Positions 52,585 through 64,000 of a stretch of DNA of 64,000 nt are shown piece by piece (within the stretch, counting starts at the first letter, position 1; every line of letters starts with the position of its first letter). The position numbers and the translations under genes are program-made. The stretch comes from Azolla caroliniana (lineage: Eukaryota; Plantae; Polypodiophyta): the NCBI GenBank assembly GCA_043228905.1, contig JBHGNT010000009.1, positions 558,001-622,000 on the forward strand, in the 5' to 3' direction. Below the pieces are notes generated by a model. It was not told the origin of the DNA, made no database searches, and was given only the letters and a program-made list of their open reading frames with translations.

Positions 52585-55163
52585 ATGGATTCCGATGTGG
52601 GCAAACTCTTCATTGGTGGCATTTCCTGGGAGACAAGTGAAGAGACGCTTAAGAGCTACTTCGAAGCCTATGGAGATGTCATGGAGGCTGTCATTATGAA
52701 AGACAGAGCCACTGGTAGGGCTAGAGGCTTTGGATTTGTCGTCTTCTCTGATCCCCTTGTTGCTGACAGAGTTGTTCAGGAGAAACACACCATTGATGGC
52801 CGCCAAGTATGAATCCGTCTATTTTGAACGCTCTCTCCTTCAATAAATGAGGTTAATGTAACTTTGTTATATGCATTCATTTCTTTGTTTCGGATTTAGG
52901 TCGAAGCGAAGAAAGCGGTGCCCCGCGATGAGCAGCAAAATGGCGGTGCCCGCAATATGGCCGTTGGTGCCAGTAGTGGCCCTAATTCTGTGGCCAGAAC
53001 GAAGAAGATTTTTGTGGGCGGCCTGGCTGCCACCGTGTCCGAACATGACTTCAGGAAATATTTCGATCAGTTTGGATCCATTGCGGATGTTGTTGTGATG
53101 TATGATCATGCAACCCAACGGCCTCGCGGCTTTGGATTCATCACTTATGACTCTGAAGATGGGGTTGAGAGGGTTCTTCAAAAATCCTTCCATGAGTTGA
53201 AGGGGAAGATGGTGGAGGTGAAGAGAGCGATCCCGAAGGAAATGTCACCGAGCCCGATCCGTAGCAATGGTGGTGGACCTTCATTTGGATATGGACACTT
53301 CAATCAAAGTCCAATCGGACCCTTTGCATCTAGAATGGACAGCAGGTACAGCCCTTCTCCAGGGACTGGTTTCTCGCCTTATGGGGCAGTAGGGTATGGA
53401 AATAGTAGCTCTAGGAACAGCTTCATCAACGCGATGAATGCTGGTTACAACAGTGGCTCTTATGGTGGAGCAAATACACCTTTTGGAAGAAATTTTGGAC
53501 CTGTACCGAGTTCAAGTATTGGATTTAGGGCAGGTGGTTATGGTTCAGGTAGTGGTGGTTATGGAGTGAGTGGAAGCACACCAGGAAGGAATCTTTGGAG
53601 TACTGGACCCATGACCTATGGTAGTAATAACTTGGTAAGTGGCTATGGTTACAACAGGGGATCTAGCATTGACACTTATAGTGGTGGTGGATTGGGTTCC
53701 TGGCCATCGGGTCAGAATCCTAATAGCAATAGTGGATATGGTGGCAGCAATGTGAGTTATGGATCTACTGATGGTGCCTCCTATGGATCTAACAATGTGG
53801 GTTACAATGGAAGAGGGAATGGCTATGGAAGCTCCTCAGGTATATATAGTTCATTAGGCAGCCCAAATTCTGGAGGCGGTGATGGTACCTATGAAAGTAA
53901 CTATAATAGAGAGATGTACAATAGTTTTGGGTATAGAGAACGTTCACAGAAAACGTTGATTGGGACTGATCCCTTCAGCCCATCTGCTATTGGAGGATCG
54001 GGATTCAGAGGCTATGGTTTAAGTGACAATGGCAATGAATTTGTAAGTGGAGCATACACTGCTAGTCCTTTTGTCGCTGCAAGGCAATCTCAACGAGGTC
54101 AGTGTATTATTTTCAAACTCTGTAATGTGATAAAGATGCATATATTTTTAACTTCTAGTCTTGTTTGCAAAATTGAAGGTATTGAAAATGTGTGGTTCTA
54201 ATGTATAACAACTTGAAATGGCCATTTTATATATTACCTTCTAGTTATAGTTTCAGCTGATAAGCTCAGCCATAATCTGTTGCATTGATTCCGAATGTTC
54301 ACCAGCGTAATGACAATGTCAGGATGTGTATAATGAGTGGCCTTGCTCTCCGAGCCATATTCTTTATATGATATACAAAGCACAAAGGACCTTATTCTGT
54401 GATATGACCTAGGCATCAAACCAAGGTAGCATAGACATCGTTAGCTGCTTCTCTTCCTCTGCTTATTTGAATTTCACAACTTCAGTTTCATCGTAGCCCT
54501 ATCAGATTTTGATTCATTTGAATCTGTCAATTTTTTGTGGAATTTACATGGATAAATAACATGGGACAGACATTTATTTCCTTATGTTTATTTTCCATAT
54601 TTCTATAAGAAACATACATCAAAAGATTCATGGCAAGTGGGTTCTTGAGTGAACTGGATCTGCAAACCTTGGCACATTGTAGCCCTACTTATTTGAATTT
54701 CACAACTTCAGTTTCATGATAGTCTAATCAGATTTTGATTAACTTGAATCTGTGTGGAATTTACATGGATAAATTACATGGGACAGACATTTATTTCCTC
54801 ATGTTTGTTTTCCATATTTCTATAAGAAACATACATAAAAAGATTCATGGCAAGTGGGTTCTTGAATGAACTGGATCTGCACACCTTTGCACATTGTATT
54901 TATGGTAGCTATGAATGCATGTGGGAGGTTTGACTGGATCATGCAAAAAGAATACCCTCCGATATTGTAATAATATACATACATTGCAAGTGTTTATGAA
55001 CAGCACATTCTCATACTTTCTCTTCCCTCCCAACTGATAACTTTACTTAAACAACACATTATACTTGATGATATGATTGTTGAATACATCATTATATACA
55101 TGGTCAGAGAATAGTTTTATCTGATCTGTGCTTTTGGTTTGTGCAGGGACGTCAAGTAATTAG
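52585..55163 (+). CDS. Two-RRM glycine/serine-rich RNA-binding protein (hnRNP A/B, Musashi-like). Exons 52585-52806, 52900-54097 and a probable last exon 55147-55163
   Basis: KLFIGGISW..RGFGFV and KIFVGGL..RGFGFI (RNP2/RNP1 pairs), followed by a G/S/Y/N low-complexity tail. Donor G|GTCAGT at 54097. The last-exon choice is less certain. Confidence 0.92.
54462..54898. repeat. About 220-bp tandem duplication in the last intron of the RRM gene
   Basis: Copies at about 54462-54681 and 54688-54898, each running from CTTATTTGAATTTCACAACTTCAG to GCACATTGTA. Confidence 0.92.
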
Positions 55164-58066
55164 GAGAATCATTTTGCCCCCTCATTGAAACAGGGGAGGG
55201 TGTTATTTGTAGGTACCGAATGCTGTAGGATAAAAGTTTTGGTCACTATAATGAAACCGTACATTTTGGGTGACTACCTCCCCTAGAGATATGTCATCCA
55301 AACACAACGAAGATATAAGGCTGCCCCAAATGGAGTCGAAAAGCATGGACCCTTACGGAAAACCCTTGTAAGAAAAGAAAAGGAAATCAGGGGCTACCGC
55401 TGCTTATAGTCCGAGTGTAACTCTACGTGTCTTCTGATGGCATGATAAGCATTTCACAGGATAATGCTGTGTAGGTTTCTTATCTTATTGAATTCTTTGT
55501 AGTATAAAGAAAAGAAAGGATTTACCTAGTTTTCTTTTCCTTTTGGTTCTTTCTTTAGTGGAGAGCCTAGTTAGGTTTGGAATGATGTATCTTACATAAT
55601 CATGTCCAAGCAATAAATTATTAGCTGAGTGCTTGAGGTTTTTCCAGAGTGCTATTATTTAACTCATACTTTTCATGTCCTAAGACTACTTGTTTTTGGT
55701 CTAAAGTAACCATTTTCCATCACGGAATCTAGTTATCAAGTTTTGTATTTCAAGGTTGTGTTTGAGTTAATCAGCGACGAGTCTATCTTCATCACTCACA
55801 CATTTGGATTAGGAATTTCTGTAACTTGGGGAAGAACCTCACTGGTGCTATGATTGTTTTGGGGTCTCATGTGATCTAGTACATACAGTGGTGATCATTC
55901 AACAACATTCTATATATCCGTATTTCTTAGTTCTCAAAATATATCTATCAACACTTGTCTAGCAATATTAGCACAACAGTATTGGGAAATGGCAAACATT
56001 AAAGCAAATGTGCAGTCCTCATGAACTTACATTTATTGATGAAAACGTGAAATTGAACAAAATGCAGAGTCATCACGAGACAGCCCATCTATTTGGTGAA
56101 TATATACAGATCTATTAATGTGGAGCCTTCTTCAAACATGTTATATAACCAACTTTGGTTGGGTCCAACGTGAGGCATAAAATTTATCCTCAACTCTACT
56201 CTTATCTTGCAAAAAATTAGATTAAGCTTTATGTATAGGAGAGTCTATCCTTTCATCGGTTTAAGATGTCTTGTTTTAATTACTATTTAGATATACGTAA
56301 TGGACTACAAAACCATATTCTCATTAAATTTGTTACATTATTGATATGGAACAGATGAACCTTGCACTTGCCCAATACAATGGATTTAAAATTTTTGATC
56401 AAGTTCATTGGATAGAAACTAGTCCTGATCTTTTCCATAGTATAATATAGTTGTCAAACATAAATTAGTAACGCATATCAAACCAATATGTAACATAACC
56501 TTGTGTTAATACCCTCGGGCCTCCACCATACGTTATCCCTTATAGCTACCGCATTTTGTTGAACGAATTTATTTGAATTCTTATCTAGTTGTGATAGGAT
56601 TTCAAATCTATTGGGTTGGGTCACGCTACCAAGACTACTAGGACCGTTAGAAATGTCTCGACAACCAGAAACTTGTTTATTCATGGGTAGTTATTGGTTT
56701 ACTTAACCTCTTGGTTTATGTGCACGGGACCACCACAATATATACATAGTTAGTTTAGCTCAATGTCATTGGTTCTAAGATTGTTGGGTGTAATTTCTTA
56801 TACGTTTTGATTTGAGTAAATCCCAAGGTTGTCAAACATAACTTCTAACATGTTTTGATGTGCTAACCAGGTATATCACTCGGGGATACAACCAAGAAAG
56901 GGAGATGGTCATCTCAATGATCCTATCTTGTGCCTTGGCCAAGAGAACCTACATTTGACTAGCAAAAGCAACTACCTTTGGGTCCCATTTGGCAACCAAT
57001 GTCCTCAAACCACTTGTAGATTTGAGCCGTCTCAATTACATCTATGTAGATATTAGTACACATGTATCGAAGATGCCTTTAATGATATTGTTCTAGATCC
57101 TACTTTTAGTTGAGGATTCGAGAATTCTTATGAAGATCCATATCAATTGAATTGACATGATGACCTACTCTTTGAATATTTTGGAGTTGGTTACTCGTAA
57201 TTACTAGTGGTTGAACGCGTAATTATTAAAAGAGCCTAAGTTCTGAGTTGGGGATCATGTCTAGTTGTTAGAACACAATGTGAAGACCACCAAGCCATGT
57301 GAAAAGGTAAAGTATCAATGTCTTCGTCTATTTTCTATCCCTAACCAAATCAATGACATGCGTTTCATCTAAATCTCCTTTCCCATATGTTTCTTCATCT
57401 AGTGTTTCATGTATAAGCTTTGGAACGTTATGCTTTGAGATTTATTCTGTGTCACATATTCAGCTTGTTGATGGACTAGAAGAGTGCGAGGTTAAGCTAT
57501 TTTGGACTCCAAACTCATGCATGACGAAAGACCAAAACGTGTGTATGTTGATGACAAAGATGAGGAGTCAATGATGCCCACAAAAGAAAATGGTATTTAT
57601 GCTTGGAAGCCACAATCCACGATAGTCAAGAACCAACCAACCAAGTTACCAACTACAAGTACATAGTGATTAGAATGGATGATGGAAATGGTGGACAAAG
57701 ACCATGCACATGCATGCTACTACAACAAAATGCCTCGAGAAGGTGGTGATGACCGACCCGATAACAACATACCTTCGGAATGTGTATGGAGATGGTGAGG
57801 TCCGAGTAGCGCAATTCCAAGTTTATGTGAGAGGACCACATAGACAATTTGCTTGTTCATTCACATACATATATGTATATTTGTATATGTGTAAATGTAT
57901 ACATATATGTATGTATAGTATATTTGTATATGTACATATATGTATATGTATATGTATATGTATACATATATATATATGTACTTTACTTGTTCATTCTCTC
58001 GGCTATAGGGGTTTTTGGTTTATTATAGCATAGCGGGACACAGGCGTAAGAAGCAGAGCAGTGCAG

Positions 58067-58142
58067 AGAAAGAGGAAGAGGAAGAAGAAGAAGAAGAAGA
58101 AGAAGAAGAAGAAGAGGAAGAGGAAGAGGAAGAGGAGGAGGA
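58067..58142. repeat. (GAA/GAG)n trinucleotide tract abutting the uL24 start codon
   Basis: Read directly. It ends immediately before the ATG at 58143. Confidence 0.95.
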
Positions 58143-60452
58143 ATGGGGTGGAAGAAACCCCAAGTTGTGTTCAAGCACTGGAAGATCCTGCGAGGAGATA
58201 AGGTAGGTCGACTGTTCTCTCTATCTCTCTCTCTCTCTGTCTCAACTCCCCTCCCAATTCCTTTTCCTTTTTCTCTACGATTTTGGATCATCGACAGTTT
58301 ATATGTGTTTGTGTGCCTCGATGCTGCCTCTTGCTATCGGTACTGGGCTATTTTTAGGTGATGATCATAGCTGGGCGTGACAAAGGGCTCACTGGCACTG
58401 TCACTCAAGTTGTTCGCACCAGAAACCGTGTCATCGTGGAAGGAAGGAACCTTGTAAGTATACTTCACCTATTTAGAGATGAAATTGCCTCTGTGTCTTT
58501 TCCTGTTGAGCCTTTTATTGTTGCTTGATGACTTGCGTGTGGAACCTAGATGTTCCATGTGGGTTTCAAAGCTTCATGATTTCTGCATAGGTTCGGCTAA
58601 GCTTTGGTCGTATCAGATCTTCTTTTTCTGGCCTTTTTGTATCCATCCTTTCTTCATTTGAGAGAGAAAATTAATATAGCTGTCACAACTATCTGGAGAT
58701 GGTGAGGTTGTTAGTTTTATACACCAATATGGAGAAGTGGCATATGGTATAAAAAGTATATTCGAGCAGTGATTTGAACACTTGATCTTGTGTTGATAGT
58801 CAAATAACTTACCACTGGGTTCAGCTGATTACAAGGAAAAGAAAAGAATAGGAAGGCTTGGGCAGTAAATATGAACGCAGTGTGCGTATACAAAACAGGG
58901 TGGCTTGCTAATGAGGGAGAAACTCATTATCAAAAAGTATGGAAGAAAATCAGGGGCTTGACATCTACTCAATTCCTTGACAGTGGCTTTACTATGTTTG
59001 GTTGAAGTGTGTTAACAATTCGTACAAACAGAACATCTGGCATTGATTGCTTCTACAAGAACACCGGGTTTTGGCTGCCCAATCTTGTATGAGATGGTTG
59101 GTAGCCAATAGTCTTTGCTCCCTCTAGGGGCCGGGCCAGTCCTCCCTTGCCAGTGGTTGTGGATACTTCGCTAATCATTCTACATTTCAATTCCGATACA
59201 TAAAATTAAGTATTCTTTTATTACACTACTAATACCTGTAATAACTGTTGCAATAGCTGTAATAGTATTCTTTTGACAAACGAGGTGATGTTGGTGATCA
59301 TCATCATTGGTAAAGTCAGAGGTAATGCCAATGTAGTGTCTCTCACAAAAGATCACGAGTCTCATCTCAAGAATGTCGTGATGGAAGGATCATTTGATCA
59401 GAACCTACAGGTGCTAAGGATAGTTCATGAGTCTCTTTCTGACAAAGCTATCTCAGGTCTAAAGGCAAATGTGGGTGATTTCACATTGAAACCACATGAA
59501 AACTTTCGTAGATCTATATAAAAGATTGCAAGTCTATCTCAGGTCTAAAGGCAAATGTGGTAAACCACATGAAAAGTTTTGGAGATCTATATAAAAGATT
59601 GCAAGCCTGATCTCAGGAATGTGGAGATGGAAGGATCCTTTGATGAGAACCTGCAGGTGACAAGGATAGTTCATGAGCATCTTTCTGACAAAGATATCTC
59701 AGGTCTCAAGGCAAATGTTGGTGATTTCACATTGAAACTTTGTCAAATTGAGATACATCATCGGCATGCTCCTTTAATTGTAGGCGAAATGTCTGGAGTG
59801 ATATTGGAGTTTTAACATTGGGGGATACACTTTTAGTCAAATCTATATTGTGGTGAAGTGAATTCATTCATAACATATATATGCTATGGATCTAATGAAA
59901 AAAATATGGAGAGAGAGAGAGAGAGAGAGAATTTGGTTTTATTGAACAGGTCAAAAAACATGTAAAAAGAACTGAGACCCATGAAGGTGGTATATTTAGT
60001 AAGGAAGCTCCTCTACATGTCTCCAATGTGCAAATTCTGGATCCTGTTACAGCGTAAAAGCTCCCACATTATTTGATTTTTTCTTTTTGATAGTGCTCAA
60101 CAAAAATAATCTTGTTTAGTATATAATTTCAGAGCACCGTGCAAGGTGGGTTATAGATTCCTTGAAGATGGTACTAAAGTTCGTGTATCAAGGGGTATAG
60201 GAACATCTGGAAGCATTATCCCTCGTCCAGAAATCCTAAAAGAGAGGAGAAAACCACGGATTACTGAGTGTAAGACTCAAGTTTAAAGCCATACCTCAAT
60301 CAATATATACACATCATTTTGTTAATCACATAACCTTTAATCTGTGTGCAGGTGGTCCAAGGGATACACCGAAAGAGGAAGTGATGAAAAGAACCTATGA
60401 TCCCTTTGAGGATGGAAAGAAAGGCTTGCCAGTGCTTCTGAAATACCATTAA
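58143..60452 (+). CDS. RPL24: Organellar (probably mitochondrial) ribosomal protein uL24, KOW domain. Exons 58143-58202, 58358-58453, 59950-60053, 60133-60269, 60352-60452
   Basis: WKILRGDKVMIIAGRDKG..G.V..V.R..NRVIVEG.NLVKKH, EAPLHVSNVQILDP and KVGYRFLEDGTKVRVSRG. GT-AG introns stay in frame. Confidence 0.94.
59364..59738. repeat. About 126-bp duplicated block in uL24 intron 2
   Basis: TCTCA.GAATGT.G.GATGGAAGGATC...GGTGATTTCACATTGAAA at about 59364-59490 and 59611-59737, with a partial third piece between. Confidence 0.88.
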
Positions 60453-61496
60453 CAGGAGATCAAAATTTGTCACATTTTTGCCATCACACATTCATGGCAT
60501 TTGTTCGTCCAGTGCTGTGATCGCCTTGACTTAATAGAGGATAATGTTTCCTTACAATTATTCCAGTGACGAATCTGATTATAATCAGATGCGTTTTGAG
60601 CTTGATCAAATTATAAAAGTGCTTCTTCATGTGTTTATCCACCCGCAAGGGGCACTACCATATCATTTCCTAGTTTTGTCATGTGGACTGAGAAATAATC
60701 AAATTGCTGGTGGTTGTAATTGCAAATTACTTGTACGTTACTACATTGTAGAGTAGTTTAGGCAAGTTTAATGATATGGTATTTGGTGGAATCGTAAGTA
60801 CATTCTGTCTTGAAATTATGTATTTTGTTATGGGAGTGATATAATCTATGATAACCTACCATAGATGTGAAGTGAACACCCAACATAAAAACTAGTAACT
60901 ATGTGAAGTGTCAAATAGACAAACTCTTATAAGCATGGCAGGGCAATATATTTCTCTACATCACTGTGTACATGCAATCCATGTGACCTACGCTGGATTC
61001 ACACCTTGGCAGTGATTTCCAAAATTAAATTGGAGAAGCTAGGATGATTCAAATTCCTAGAGGACAATGCTATACATTTTAGACACGTTCATTGTTGTCA
61101 AAATGTTTGGAGTGATGATACTAACTAATTTTAGCATCCAGAAAAATTGGTCATCATGCCGAAATGTTTGTAGTGATTATATATTCACTAAATATTGGCA
61201 TCAGTCATATGTAACATAAAAAATTAGGTAAAGGAGAAAATCAAGCTGTTATGAGATGTCTTATAATGTTGCCCTCCCATTGTAAAAGCTTTGAAACTTA
61301 GTATGTATTCAAAAGTTTAATTATACAATTGTGAAGTTTCCATGCTCCACGCAGAGGTTACAACATTTCACTCCAAACATTTGCCTTCTTTCATTAGTTT
61401 TTAGCACCGGTTTCTTGATAATTACATTTTGTAAAATTATGATTTTCTGCTAGCTAAAATAGTTAAATAAAATTCAAACTAAACCTGAATTGCATG

Positions 61497-61880
61497 TACC
61501 AATGGGCATGGTTTATTGGTTCCAAAAAATTTTAAATGTTTTGGTTTGGTTTGGATTTTCGATAAACAGTTTGGTTTGGTTGTAAAACTCTGGTATATAG
61601 GTTTGTAGGTTTTTAGTTTTTTTTTTTACCTTAATAGTTTATTAATTTAATGGTTTAATTAATGTTTTTTATTGATTTAAATATTTGTTTAATTTGACTT
61701 ACATGGTTAAGTGTAAATTTTTTATTAAATTGTTCGGTTTGGTTTTAAATGGTTTTTCGGTTTACGTTTTCTTAAAGATTTGGTTTAAATACTTGAGAGT
61801 TCGGTTCGGTTTGGTTTTTGTTTCATAAAAACGGTTCGGTTTCTTTGCCTTAAAACCGAACCGAACCGTGCCCATCACTA
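61497..61880. mobile_element. Degenerate hAT-type MITE
   Basis: Imperfect TIRs TACCAATGGGCATGGTT and AACCGTGCCCATCACTA. Dense CGGTT/GGTTT subterminal repeats. The putative 8-bp TSD matches only 5/8 (ATTGCATG/TCTGTATG). Confidence 0.7.
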
Positions 61881-62348
61881 TCTGTATGATAGGATGGTCA
61901 ATATCTGTTGTATATCCATGATAATAAAACATTCCCCATTTTTTTCAATTACATCTCTGGATTTTTCATTAACAGTTGGCTCTATTTACACATTCAAAAG
62001 AATTTTAGCACAATTTAAATACTAATTTACACGAATATATAGATAACCAATACACCACTATCAAATGAGAAGGGAGCTCACAACACTAATCATCATCAAC
62101 TTAAGTGACAAATACTAATGTCTATAAAGTTAACCAAACCACACCCACACAATGTGCTAATAGACTAGTGTTAACACAACAGATCATGCTAAACAATGTT
62201 TACGTACAACACTTATGCCATTCACATATCTACAGATTGGTATCCATCACAGATAGAAAGCAGAACTATTTCTAAATGCGTTGTACAGAAAGAGCATCTT
62301 GATGCACAGCAGACACAAGTCGGTGCTTGGTGAAGTACAGTTACAAAC

Positions 62349-63295
62349 AAGGCAAAATCAAGACTAGATTCAAACCCAATAGTTACAAACATACAATGTT
62401 CATCAGTCCTTTGCAATGACATTGGCAAAACCAAGATCAGATTCAAACCCTATAGTTACAAATATACAATGTTCGCCAATCCTGTCCAATGACAGAGGCA
62501 AAACCGGGACTAGATTAAACACCCAAACATTGCCAATCCAATCAAATGTACATCTCCTGTTGTTAAACACATCCCCATTTTTCCATTCTTTTTTCCAAAT
62601 GATCCGAGTTTTAGCTGTTTTAGCTTCAAGGATCTTTTTAAACCTCAAAAGGAAATTGACAACTGCTCAATCCACACATATAATTAGTGAATATGAGGAT
62701 TGTTTCCCATATAATTCTTTTGGATAGTACACACTGGCTCTTTTAGGTATTGAATAGAGGTGTGGGAAATTCAAAAAAAAGAAAAACATTGCCAATCCAA
62801 TAAAATAAAGTTATCTTGCAAATGTACATCTGTTGTTAAACACATCCCCATCTTTTCCATTCTTTTTCCCTAATCTCAGAGTTTTAGCTGTTTTAGTTTA
62901 AAGGCCCTTTTTAACCCTCATTCGGAAATTGACCACAGAACTGCCAAATCCAGACATAATTAGTGAATAAGAGGATTGTTTCCAATATAATTCCTTGGGA
63001 TAGTACATAGTGGCTCTTTTAGGTATTGAATAGGGGTGTGGAAAATTCAAAAAAAAATGCAAAGAAATTAATGCACAAAACTGGATTTATATGCCTATGT
63101 CATCATTCAACCAGAACAAAGGCAACCATAGCCCTCAAGAATCGAGTGACAAATAAGCAAGCTTAAATTAGTTACATTGGCAGACCCAAAAAAAGAATGC
63201 AAGGAAATTGATAAGCTAATTCAACCAGAACAAAGGCAACCATAGCCCTCAAGAATCCAGTGACACAAAGTGAGCTTAAATTAGTTACATTGGCA
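62349..63295. repeat. Cluster of three local duplications (about 73 bp x2-3, about 260 bp x2, about 75 bp x2) downstream of RPL36a
   Basis: GGCAAAA.CAAGA..AGATTCAAACCC.ATAGTTACAAA twice. AAACATTGCCAATCCAAT...GGTATTGAATAG.GGTGTGG twice. ATTCAACCAGAACAAAGGCAACCATAGCCCTCAAGAATC twice. Confidence 0.88.
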
Positions 63296-63466
63296 TATCA
63301 ATGTGAGCGAGTCATAAATGAAACTGAGGCTCGCTTCAAGAACTCTCATATTTACTCTTAGCAAAAGCATTTTGTCATTCCCTATGCATTGATAAAAGAC
63401 ATTTCAACTGAAAATTGTGAACACTCTTGATAAACCTGCAATCCAGGATAGAATCTTAGGGAGCAA

Positions 63467-63952
<486 letters not shown>

Positions 63953-64000
63953 TTAGGCACAAGGACGCCTGGCCGAGAGAGAGAGAGAGAGAGAGAGAGA

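Noticed and set aside
56478-56684. LINE ORF1 remnant (NRFEIL motif)
   Set aside because: Only one short motif, with no supporting endonuclease sequence recognised.
58015-58206. Poly-Glu ORF
   Set aside because: It is a translation of the (GAA)n tract in a different frame from uL24.
59370-59445. C/D box snoRNA (GTGATGG...CTGA) in the uL24 intron
   Set aside because: The C box is imperfect and broken in the second copy, there is no terminal stem, and I recognise no rRNA antisense element.

Overview
AT-rich, microsatellite- and TE-rich eukaryotic land-plant nuclear DNA, most likely a fern (inferred from the PLS-PPR style and intron layouts). I reconstructed six complete genes by hand: aspartate carbamoyltransferase (-, 5 exons), a signal-peptide xylose isomerase (+, 19 exons, one probable GC-AG intron), an intronless divergent dirigent protein (+), an SLC25A44-like mitochondrial carrier (+, 6 exons), a two-RRM hnRNP A/B-like protein (+) and organellar ribosomal protein uL24 (+, 5 exons). 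The last three exons of cytosolic eL42/RPL36a (-) run off the right edge. The intergenic DNA holds a decayed PPR pseudogene, several L1-like LINE pieces (two with clear TSDs), Ty1/Ty3 relics, two hAT-type MITEs, a convergent pair of tRNA-like Pol III heads, a 59-bp minisatellite and many local duplications. I found no convincing wholly new multi-gene system. The best leads are the non-canonical dirigent protein with its downstream 59-bp array, a conserved C-terminal domain shared by three divergent LINE copies, and a LINE tail joined to the PPR pseudogene. All exon coordinates come from manual reading, not from transcript data.
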